Positions 9,522 to 18,407 are shown, counted from the first letter of the stretch. The stretch is DNA of 32,000 bases from an uncultured Clostridium sp. (GCA_947061115.1 CAMSMU010000012.1:3597-35596); one strand, 5' to 3'. The notes: generated by a model from the letters alone, not told the origin. Made by a program: numbers and translations.

Positions 9522-10153
9522 AAAATAGTAAAGCTTTTGTAGCTTTGCTGTTTTTTATTTGAAGATTTTTTAATTAAAAATCACTCTTAATTTTTCTGAT
9601 AATTCTCTTCTTAAAGTTTGTTCATCACTTTCATTTTTTACTTCTCCACCTATAAGTTGGATGTTTTTTTGCATAATATTTATTGTTTTCCTAATAAGGA
9701 CATTGTATAATAATTTCAATCCTTTTTTATGAGGGAATCTAGGAAAGGAGGAATTTACCGATGACATCGTTTGATTTAATTTGGTTGTTAATACAAGAAA
9801 TATTGAAAAATAATTCTTGTAAAGATAGCCAAACTAACAAAGAGAAATAGTATAACAAAGCTATTTCGAGAGTAGTCTGATCAACTGCTCTTTTTTTTTT
9901 TACCAATAAAAAAAGAGATATGTGATCAGCATATCCCGTTCACCGTATGACATCTTATGACTAACGAAGTCACTCGAGTTGTTAAATATAGTATACTACT
10001 TTTTTTAGTATATGTCAAACATGTTATAAAAATTCATTTTTTACTAATTTTTAGAAAACTATTCAATTACACCATTTGTCTTTTATTAAATTTACCAATA
10101 AGTACTAACTTTATGAAATGACATTTTACCTAAATTTAGATTCTTATATTATT

Positions 10154-12608
10154 TTACTCTACATCATGTCTTGCAAGTATTTTAGCTGGTGTTTTTCTAA
10201 GTACTTTGAAAAGTGGTAATAGACCAACTATTATATTAAATAAGTATACTATTAAAATGCTTATTCCTATTGTGTTAAAGTTTATAATAAACATTCTATC
10301 TACATAAGGTATCTTTGATATTTGACTTAATATATATGACATAAGAACTATACCTGGCATGCTTGCTATTGTTGTTATTGATATAATTTCTCCAATAAAC
10401 ATTCTATAAACATCTCTCTTTTTTACGCCAATAGCTCTTAATACTCCTATTTCTTTTATCCTTGATAAGAAAGAAGATCTTATCATTAAATAAATTTCGA
10501 TTAGGGAGATTGCTAATATTACACCTGCAAATATTACAGCACTTTTAATTTCATCCTTCTTATTATTAATATAAGTATTTTTATCCTTTTCATATCTATC
10601 TATAATGTTTAGGTTATATTCGTTTTGTAATTCGTTAATAACATTTACTTTGTCTATAGGATATATCATAAAGCCATTATTTTTTGAAATAACATGATAT
10701 TTCACAGTATTATTATTTACTAAGTAATCTTGTCTATTGGTTTGGCTAGTATAATATCCTACTACTGTTAATTGCTTTCCGTTTATTTCTGTTTTTATTG
10801 GTTTATTCAACTTCATTTCATATTGGTTATTTTCATCTACAATTACTTCATAATCATTTTCTGGTAATCTACCTTTTGTAATGTTTATATTATCTAAATA
10901 TAAATTATAATCTTTAACAGCAGTATCAGAATCGTCCTCCTTATTAAAATACATACCCATTCCAAATTCGCTTTGTGTCATATTATTTAATATATTTATA
11001 AACATATTTTTATTTGCATAAATTGATTCTGTATTATTATCTGTAAATCCTACTATTACAAAATCCTTCATATCATTTATATTTAAAACTTTGTTAAGTA
11101 ATTCATCTTCATCTTTTATTCCCATACTTGCAAATGATGAAAAACTATTATTACGCATATTATTTATGATTTTTTTATCTATTACTATTTCATAATCATT
11201 TTCTGGCATTCTTCCTTTTATCAATTTATCTTGACTAATCTTGGCAATATCTACAAGAGTGCCAGTAAGTTCAAATGAATAATTTGACAACTGGTAATAA
11301 CTATCCATTTTAATTTTAAAGCTTGCTACAGCTTGTCCGTGGAACAATATAATCTATATTTTCCAAATTCTCGTATTTTATATAATCATCTACATTTACT
11401 CTTGCCATATCAACTTGAAGATAGTTTTTGTCTATTTTTATATAATCAGATTCTCTTATATCTGTAGTTCCTGCAATATTAGCTACGCTATATACAACAA
11501 ACATTGCTGATGCAAAGAATCCTAAAAGTAATACTTTTTTTAATACTGTATAATTTAAGATTCTATTAAAACCATTTTTAATTGATTTAAAAATCCCATA
11601 AATTGAGCTATATTTTAATTTATATTTTTTATCTATGACATCATCTAAATTATATTTATATTTTTCATATATACTTTTATCAATTTTCTTATAATGTTCA
11701 TTGATAAGTTCTATTGCTGAATTATCATCTACTACTTCAACTTTTCTATTTTCTGCTTGAATAAATATATTTCCATTTTTTATTACTAATTTTACATCTA
11801 TTTCATCGTTATTATTATCATCAGAATATATATCAATATTAACTTTTTTATTTTTTATATTATTAACGTCTTTTATATCTTTTAAATAAATTTTATTATC
11901 TAGTCTATATTCTAATGATTGCATTGTTTCATTTTTATAATCTTTAATTACCTTTCCATCTTGTACTTCTACTATTCTTGTTGCATAAAAGTTTGCTAAC
12001 TCTACTTCATGTGTTACTAATATAACTAATTTTTCTTTTGATATAGCTTTTATTATATTCATAATTTCTAATGAATTTTTACTATCTAAATTACCTGTTG
12101 GTTCATCTGCAATTACTATACTTGGATTTTTTACAATAGCCCTTGCTATTGCTACTCTTTGTTTTTCTCCTCCTGATAACATTCCAGCTGGTCTATTTCT
12201 GTATCTGTACATATTTACTGCTTCTAGAACATAATTAACTCTTTTTTGTATTTCCTTTTTATTTTTAAGACCTATCATTCTTAAACTAATAGCAATATTA
12301 TCGAATACAGACATATTTTCTATTAATTTGTAATCTTGAAATATATATCCAATATTTAAGTTTCTTATTTTATCAACTGTATTTTGTGTTCTTCTAGTTA
12401 TTTTATTACCATTAATATATATTTTCCCTTTGTTTACTTTATCTAAACCGCCAATAGCATTTAAAAGAGTAGTTTTACCGCTTCCAGAATTTCCTAAAAT
12501 TGAAACTAAACCTTTATCTTCAAGTTCTAATGAGGTATCATTAATAATATGTATTTCATTCCTTTTTCTTCTATTAAAATATTTATGTACTTTTTCAATT
12601 TTTATCAT
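10154..12608 (-). pseudogene. Fused ABC ATPase / FtsX (MacB-type) permease gene split by a frameshift near 11316-11347
   Basis: The ATPase part (start ATG 12608 with a GAGGAGG SD; GNSGSGKTT, LSGGEKQR, IADEPTGNLD) runs through TM1 and ends at ...ENIDYIVPRTSCSKL*. The next frame continues (FHGQAVASFKIK... GRMPENDYEIVID ... FtsX C-terminal helices) to 10154. The intact paralog immediately upstream is one 737-codon ORF with the same NIDYIV region. Confidence 0.6.
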
Positions 12609-12612
12609 ATTA

Positions 12613-14823
12613 TTACACCTCCTCATTGTATGTATTAATTGCTGTATTTTTGAATAGTTTTTTTGCAAATTTCATTGATATTAATCTTGAAATTACAGCT
12701 AATATTATATACATTAATATATATTCTCTTATACTTAGAAATTCACTAAGTTTTGCTATACTGCCTAAATTAATTATGTTTAATTTTGAAATATAAATAA
12801 CTAATAATAATAATATATATGATACTGTGGAATTTATGAATAACTCTATATCTAATATTCTTCTTACATTTTTATACGTAGCTCCTAACATTCTAAGTGT
12901 TGTATAATATATATTTCTCGATTTTAGTATTATTTTTATAATTAAATATGATATGAAAAATAGTACAATAATTAATATAATAGTTACTATAACTTTTATT
13001 ATTTTTATAATTCTTTGGTATATTTCTCCTTGATTAACTTTAAAATCTGTAACTTTTTTTGGATTTAAACCTAAGTTTTCAAGATCTGACATTGTTTTAT
13101 CTATTGTTTTTGAATCTGTTACGTATACACTAGATTGATAAGAAGGCTTGTCAAAAAGTGAATTATAGTCATCTGTATTTATAAATATTTTGTATCTATT
13201 ACTATCATATTTATCTAATTCTAATACTCTTTTTATATTTGATTTTGTGTATGTATTTGATATAGATAATTTTAATTCTTCTTTATAATAAATATTGTTT
13301 ACATATATATCTAAAGGCTCATTTTTTATCTTATAATTTTTAAATTGATTTTTAAACTCATCATCAACCATCGCCTTTCCTCTTTCTACATTATCATTAG
13401 GCTCAACTGTATATTGTGAATATTTATTATTTAAAAAGATTTTCATATTACTATAATTCTTATTCATATTACTACGTAATTCATTTAATATATTTTTAGA
13501 AACATAAAACTTGCAATCATAATTGTTTTCATTGTCATAAGTTTGAATTCCCACTACTATCAAATCTCTTACCTTTTCATCACTCCATGCATTTACACCT
13601 TGTGATTTAAGTATTGAAAAATTTTTATTTAATAGTTCTTCTGATCTATTTTTAACATAAAAATGATCTTTGTTAATCCTTATAATAATTTCGTCTTCAT
13701 TCTCTGGCATTCTACCAAAATCGACATTACCTCTAAAATTATTTATATCTATCATATTTCCATAAATACTCATATCATTTCTAGATAAAGGTACTCCTCC
13801 ATCTATAAAAACATCATCTTCTACTATATAGTCTATATTTGATAATTCTTTTATTCTTTCATAATCTTCATTTGTAAAAGATGTCCTATCCTTTTTATTT
13901 ATTAAAATTCTTTTATCCGATAAATCATTAAATCCTATACTGTATCCACTATCAGTAGTTTCCTCCTCTGACATTTGAAAACTTGCATATTCGGCAAGAA
14001 TAGCTGCACTCATAAAAAAGAATACAGCAAATAATAGTAAAAATTTAGATACTATATTAAAAGTATTTCTAATTCCTAACCTATATTTGTTGATTATACT
14101 TATATTATTGTATTCACTTTCAGAAGCTAATTCTTCTTTTTCTATTTTTTTTACTTCTGTATTTTGTATTATTCTACCATCATGCATTTTTATAATTCTT
14201 GTGGCAAATTCTTCTATTTGTTCAATATTATGAGTTACTACTATAACTAGCTTATTTTTAGCAACCTTTTTTAATATTTCAATAACTTCTTTTGCAGATT
14301 CAGAATCTAAATTTCCTGTTGGCTCATCAGCAACAATAATTGGTGTATCTTTTACCATTGCTCTTGCTATTGCTACTCTTTGCTTTTGTCCTCCTGATAA
14401 TTTAGATACTTTTGTATTTTTAAATTTTGTAAGTCCAACTTTATCTATAATATCTAATACTTTGTCTTTAATATCTTTCTTTTTACATCCATTTAATAAC
14501 AAAACTAATTCTACATTTTGGTAAACAGTATAACTATTAACTAAATTAAAACTTTGAAAAATATTAGCTATATATCTTCTCCTATAATCTTCAAAATCTT
14601 TTTCAGAATAATGGCTAGTTTCGTTACCATTTATATACATTTCCCCTTCTTCATAACTGTCTAAACCTGAGATTACATTTAAAAGCGTACTTTTCCCGCT
14701 TCCAGATTCACCAGCTATAATTACAAACTCTCCGATTTTTAATTCTAAGTTTACTTTTGTAAATCCTGATGCAATAATTCCCTTGTTATAATAGAATTTT
14801 GATACATTCTCTAATTTTAACAT
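12613..14823 (-). CDS. Fused ABC transporter ATP-binding / FtsX-family permease protein
   Basis: GESGSGKST Walker A, LSGGQKQR signature, VADEPTGNLD Walker B, then TM1, a large extracytoplasmic domain (GRMPENEDEIII) and C-terminal FtsX helices. SD spacing favours the second ATG (14823). Confidence 0.85.
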   Translation of the reverse strand: MLKLENVSKFYYNKGIIASGFTKVNLELKIGEFVIIAGESGSGKSTLLNVISGLDSYEEGEMYINGNETSHYSEKDFEDYRRRYIANIFQSFNLVNSYTVYQNVELVLLLNGCKKKDIKDKVLDIIDKVGLTKFKNTKVSKLSGGQKQRVAIARAMVKDTPIIVADEPTGNLDSESAKEVIEILKKVAKNKLVIVVTHNIEQIEEFATRIIKMHDGRIIQNTEVKKIEKEELASESEYNNISIINKYRLGIRNTFNIVSKFLLLFAVFFFMSAAILAEYASFQMSEEETTDSGYSIGFNDLSDKRILINKKDRTSFTNEDYERIKELSNIDYIVEDDVFIDGGVPLSRNDMSIYGNMIDINNFRGNVDFGRMPENEDEIIIRINKDHFYVKNRSEELLNKNFSILKSQGVNAWSDEKVRDLIVVGIQTYDNENNYDCKFYVSKNILNELRSNMNKNYSNMKIFLNNKYSQYTVEPNDNVERGKAMVDDEFKNQFKNYKIKNEPLDIYVNNIYYKEELKLSISNTYTKSNIKRVLELDKYDSNRYKIFINTDDYNSLFDKPSYQSSVYVTDSKTIDKTMSDLENLGLNPKKVTDFKVNQGEIYQRIIKIIKVIVTIILIIVLFFISYLIIKIILKSRNIYYTTLRMLGATYKNVRRILDIELFINSTVSYILLLLVIYISKLNIINLGSIAKLSEFLSIREYILMYIILAVISRLISMKFAKKLFKNTAINTYNEEV

Positions 14824-14994
14824 TTGCATCCTCCTTTTTCACTTTAATTTTATCACAGTTAAAACTCGTTATTCAACATATTATGGAAAATATGTGTTAC
14901 TATTAATTATTAAGTATTTTATTGTAGACAAACGTTAAGTTTTATAATAGAATAATAAATGTATAAAATCACTATTTAAGAGGGATTAATTAAA

Positions 14995-15591
14995 ATGAAA
15001 ATATTATTTGCTACAACAAATCCAGCAAAAGTAAAAAAATATAAAAATGCATTAGAAGAAAAAGGAATAGATCTAATTACAATAAATGATTTAGATTTTA
15101 AATTAGATATAAATGAGAATGGAAAAAACGCTATTGAAAATGCTTTTATAAAGGCTAAATCATATTATGATGCTACCAATATTATAACTATAGGCATGGA
15201 TAATAATTTATTTATAGAAAACCTACCAGATGAAAAACAGCCTGGAACTCATGTTAGAAGAATAAATGGAAAATACTTAAATGATGATCAAATGATTGAA
15301 TATTATACCAATTTAGTTAAAGAACATGGCGGGAAATTATCAGCAAAATGGGTATATGGAATGGTAATATATAATGGTAAAGATTCTAAAAATTTTACAT
15401 GGAGTAAAAGTCATTTTTATCTTGTAGATAGTCCTTCTAACAAAAGAAATCTAGGTTATCCTTTAGATTCAATATCTATTATGCCAGAATGTAATAAATA
15501 TTTTGTAGATTTAACTGAAGATGATAGAAATAAAAATACAGAAAATTATACTGAAAATGAAGTTATTGATTTTATAATCAATAATATATAA
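14995..15591 (+). CDS. Ham1/ITPase-like non-canonical purine NTP pyrophosphatase-family protein
   Basis: The N-terminus KILFATTNPAKVKKY resembles the Ham1 ATxNxxK motif. Size is about 198 aa. Recognised by eye only. Confidence 0.45.
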   Translation: MKILFATTNPAKVKKYKNALEEKGIDLITINDLDFKLDINENGKNAIENAFIKAKSYYDATNIITIGMDNNLFIENLPDEKQPGTHVRRINGKYLNDDQMIEYYTNLVKEHGGKLSAKWVYGMVIYNGKDSKNFTWSKSHFYLVDSPSNKRNLGYPLDSISIMPECNKYFVDLTEDDRNKNTENYTENEVIDFIINNI

Positions 15592-15611
15592 TTTAAAAAT
15601 AAGTTAATATA

Positions 15612-16477
15612 TTAACTTATTTTTTCTATTTCAGGATTTTTCTTTATAAATTTTTCATACATTTCTCTCCAAAAGTAATTTGGTGTTTCATCTTTAGTAT
15701 TAATTCCATTCTTGCTAGCTTCTTCTTCCACAAAATCTACAAATTCTTGTGTATAATTTCTATTATAATTTAGATTATTTAATAATAATTCTGACCATTC
15801 TTTTACTTTTATATGATAATCACTACTTAATAAATATTTTTTACATATTCATAATTATATTCTATAGTTTTATTCTCATAATATATATTTCCATTATCTA
15901 TACAAATTACTTCATATCTAAACTTTTTTCCATGTGAAATTGGCATACCTACACTTCCAGGATTTATAAAGATTTTATCTTTATAATTAACATATGTATT
16001 TATATGTGTATGTCCCATTAAATATATATCACAATCAAAGTCTTTAATAATTCTATTAAACATTTCATACGAATCTTAAAAAATAGAATCTCTAGTATTA
16101 TATGGCGATCTATGGAAAAAGCAAATTCTTTTTCCCTCTATTTCTACTATTTTATATTTTTCTAGCCCTCTTATATAATCCATATTCCTTTTTTCTATTA
16201 TATCATATGTATATGTATATTATTCCATCTATCCTGTCTTTTCAATCCATTTATATTTTCTGAATCCATATTAGCAACCATTTCTTCTTTGTTACCATAT
16301 ACAACATTTTTACTTAATTCTTTTATCTTATTTAAAACATTATTACAATCAAATCTATCTAAAATATAATCACTAAAAAAATAAATTCATCTATTTTTTC
16401 ATTTTTAATTCTTCTAAAACTTTGTTAAATGCATACATATTAAAATGTATGTCTGATATAATTGCAATTTTTTTCAT
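15612..16477 (-). pseudogene. Metallophosphoesterase (YfcE/MPP-type) pseudogene with several frameshifts and in-frame stops
   Basis: From ATG 16477 (AAGGAGAAG SD) it reads MKKIAIISDIHFNMYAFNKVLEELKMKK*. A second frame reads IDEFIFL.., and a third reads GDYILDRFDCNNVLNKIKELSKNVVYGNKEEM...HMI*. Later comes ...LEKYKIVEIEGKRICFFHRSPYNTRDSIF*DSYEMFNRIIKDFDCDIYLMGHTHINTY (track ORF 15827-16063), plus a further out-of-frame C-terminal piece down to 15612. The DIH, GD, GN and GHTH motifs appear in order but in different frames. Confidence 0.75.
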
Positions 16478-16648
16478 TATCTTCTCCTTATATTATTATA
16501 TATTTTAACATATATATAATAAAATTTTTATAATATATTTATAATGAATAAATATTAAATTATATCAAATACTATTTATAAATTTTTTCTATTGTAATTC
16601 TACAAAACTCACTTTTATTTTCAGTTGCCAATTTTTTTCCAAAAGTTG

Positions 16649-16677
16649 TTGACAAACATCTAGTTATATAGTACAAT
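16649..16677 (+). promoter_or_regulatory. Consensus sigma-A promoter of the tRNA Lys-Glu-Thr operon
   Basis: TTGACA (16649-16654), a 17-nt spacer, then TACAAT (16672-16677), about 55 nt upstream of the first tRNA. Confidence 0.7.
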
Positions 16678-16732
16678 AATGTATGTGTCAACTATAGTTG
16701 TCATTAAAATCAACTATAAGTTGCCAACTAAT

Positions 16733-16808
16733 GAGTCATTAGCTCAGTTGGTAGAGCACTTGACTTTTAATCAAGTTGTCCGGGGTTCGATTCCCCGATG
16801 GCTCACCA
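16733..16808 (+). tRNA. tRNA-Lys (anticodon TTT), CCA encoded
   Basis: Acceptor GAGTCAT/ATGGCTC, D arm GCTC-AGTTGGT-AGAGC, anticodon stem CTTGA/TCAAG with loop CTTTTAA, T arm CGGGG-TTCGATT-CCCCG, then ACCA. Confidence 0.9.
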
Positions 16809-16857
16809 AATATTTAGGAGTTAAGCTCAAGCTTAATTCCTAAACATTTACATTAAA

Positions 16858-16932
16858 GGCCCCTTGGTCAAGCGGTTAAGACATCGCCCTTTCACGGCGG
16901 AGACATGGGTTCGATTCCCGTAGGGGTCACCA
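16858..16932 (+). tRNA. tRNA-Glu (anticodon TTC), CCA encoded
   Basis: GGCCCCTTGGTCAAGCGGTTAAGACA is a typical Glu body. The anticodon stem is TCGCC/GGCGG with loop CTTTCAC. The acceptor 3' strand is AGGGGTC, followed by ACCA. Confidence 0.9.
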
Positions 16933-16935
16933 TAT

Positions 16936-17247
16936 GCCACTTTAGCTCAGCTGGTAGAGCAACTGACTTGTGGGATAGGTAATAATATTATTACTTTGAA
17001 CTATCTTGCACCTTCATATGGAAACGTATGAAGTGGACATCGCTAATTCGGGGAATACTAAGTAGAAATATATGTTAATCCCGAGCTAGAAAAGAAATTT
17101 TCGAGTGTAGAGACTTTATACGATGTACCTAAGGTTTTATACTATGGTAAAGAGAAAGTCCAGACCGCAAACATTATTATAATGGCAATGAAAATTGTAG
17201 TGGTATGAATCAGTAGGTCGTCCGTTCAAATCGGACAAGTGGCTCCA
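16936..17247 (+). tRNA. tRNA-Thr (anticodon TGT) interrupted by a 236-nt intron between positions 36 and 37; exons 16936-16971 and 17208-17247 (CCA encoded)
   Basis: The 5' half is GCCACTT-TA-GCTC-AGCTGGTA-GAGC-A-ACTGA-CTTGT. The 3' half is AA-TCAGT-AGGTC-GTCCG-TTCAAAT-CGGAC-AAGTGGC-T-CCA. Joined, they give a perfect 73-nt cloverleaf with anticodon loop CTTGTAA. The AGAGCAACTGACTTGTAATCAGTAGGT core matches what I recall of Firmicute tRNA-Thr(UGU). Confidence 0.85.
16972..17207 (+). ncRNA. Group I (IC3/Azoarcus-like) intron in the tRNA-Thr anticodon loop, no internal ORF
   Basis: The 5' splice site follows U (16971) and the intron ends in G (17207). IGS GCA 17008-17010 pairs with exon UGU (U-G wobble at the splice site), and TT 17006-17007 can pair with exon AA 17208-17209 (P10). 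P2 is 17012-17020/17025-17033, capped by GAAA. P3 is ACATCG 17037-17042 / CGATGT 17121-17126. P4 is TCGGG 17048-17052 / CCCGA 17080-17084, within AATTCGGGGAA and AATCCCGAGC (P/Q-like elements). P6 is GAAAA-GAAA-TTTTC, 17089-17102. P7 is GACTTT 17112-17117 / AAAGTC 17155-17160, within GTAGAGACTTTA (R-like) and AAGAGAAAGTCC (S-like). Confidence 0.8.
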
Positions 17248-17311
17248 TTATTAAAGGTCAGTAATTTTAGTCAAACTATTATTATTGGCTTTTATTTTTA
17301 TCGAGGTGTTT

Positions 17312-17698
17312 ATGAAATGTTTAAATTGTAATGTTCCCTTAATAAAAAATAGTAAATTTTGCTCTATAAAATGTCAGAAAGAATATCAATATAATATTTA
17401 TATTAATAATTGGAAAAATGGTAAAGAATCAGGATTAAGAGGTAATTATCAAACCTCTATGTATTTAAAAACTTATCTCTTTAAAAAATATAATAATAAA
17501 TGTAATAAATGTGGTTGGGGTGAAAAAAATAAATATACTGGAAATATCCCTTTAGAAATTGAACATATAGATGGTAATTATATGAATAATGCTGAAAGTA
17601 ATCTATTATTACTTTGCCCTAATTGTCATTCGTTAACAAGTACATATAAAGGAGCTAATAAAAATGGTAGAAAATCAAGAAAAAAATATTCGAAATAA
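17312..17698 (+). CDS. Free-standing HNH endonuclease with N-terminal zinc-ribbon
   Basis: MKCLNCNVPLIKNSKFCSIKC, then CNKCGW...EIEHIDGNYMNNAESNLLLLCPNCH (HNH motif). A GAGGTG SD precedes ATG 17312. The 3' end overlaps the next gene's start by 35 nt. Confidence 0.8.
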   Translation: MKCLNCNVPLIKNSKFCSIKCQKEYQYNIYINNWKNGKESGLRGNYQTSMYLKTYLFKKYNNKCNKCGWGEKNKYTGNIPLEIEHIDGNYMNNAESNLLLLCPNCHSLTSTYKGANKNGRKSRKKYSK

Positions 17699-18407
17699 AG
17701 TTGCTATTGTAACTGGTGGCTCACGAGGAATTGGAAAATCTATAGTAGAAAAGTTATCTCTTAATGGTTACAATGTAATATTAAATTACAATAACTCTTA
17801 TCAAGATGCTCAAAATATCGCAAACAATAATTCTAATATTTCTATTTTTAAGGCAGATGTTTCTAATTATGATGATGTAAAAAATCTTGTAAATTTTGCT
17901 ATTACTAAATTGGGACATGTTGATTTACTTGTTAATAACGCTGGTATAGATTTAATTAAAACTATAAATAATACCAGTATAAATGATTTTGATAATATAT
18001 TAAAAACTAATTTATATTCTGCTTTTTACACTTGTAAAGAAATTGTTCCTTATATGGTAAAAGAAAAAAGCGGACATATTATAAATATATCTTCTATATG
18101 GGGCATTATAGGGGCATCTTGTGAGTCAGCTTATTCTATTAGCAAAGCTGGTTTAGATGCATTAACTAAATCTTTAGCAAAAGAATTAGGACCTTCTAAT
18201 ATTTTAGTTAATAGTATTGCTCCAGGGATTATTGATACAGATATGAATAAATTTTTAAGTGATGATGAAAAGAAACAAATAATAAATGAAATTCCTTTAG
18301 AAAAGTTGGGAAATACTTGCGACATTGCAGATTGTGTATTATTTTTAGCAAATTCTAATTATATTACAGGACAAATTATTCAAATAAATGGTGGATGGAA
18401 TATTTAA
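17664..18407 (+). CDS. Short-chain dehydrogenase/reductase, FabG-like (3-oxoacyl-ACP reductase family)
   Basis: TGGSRGIGKS Rossmann motif, NNAG, catalytic S...YSISK, PGIIDTDM. An AAGGAG SD lies upstream of ATG 17664. Confidence 0.8.
   Translation: MVENQEKNIRNKVAIVTGGSRGIGKSIVEKLSLNGYNVILNYNNSYQDAQNIANNNSNISIFKADVSNYDDVKNLVNFAITKLGHVDLLVNNAGIDLIKTINNTSINDFDNILKTNLYSAFYTCKEIVPYMVKEKSGHIINISSIWGIIGASCESAYSISKAGLDALTKSLAKELGPSNILVNSIAPGIIDTDMNKFLSDDEKKQIINEIPLEKLGNTCDIADCVLFLANSNYITGQIIQINGGWNI

Noticed and set aside
9570-9767. The 65-aa minus-strand ORF downstream of tRNA-Lys(CUU).
   Set aside because: It has no convincing SD at the annotated start and no recognisable motif. It is kept only as context in the finding on this region.
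15749-16063. Track ORFs 15749-15937 (+) and 15827-16063 (-) as independent small genes.
   Set aside because: The minus ORF is just the GHTH-containing fragment of the decayed metallophosphoesterase. The plus ORF is its low-complexity shadow.
16972-17207. The insert in tRNA-Thr as an IS/MITE insertion, a group II intron or an archaeal-type bulge-helix-bulge (BHB) intron.
   Set aside because: It has no terminal inverted repeats, target duplication or ORF. At 236 nt it is far too short for a group II intron. It has no BHB motif. The P/Q/R/S-like strings and the U/G splice-site boundaries fit a group I intron.
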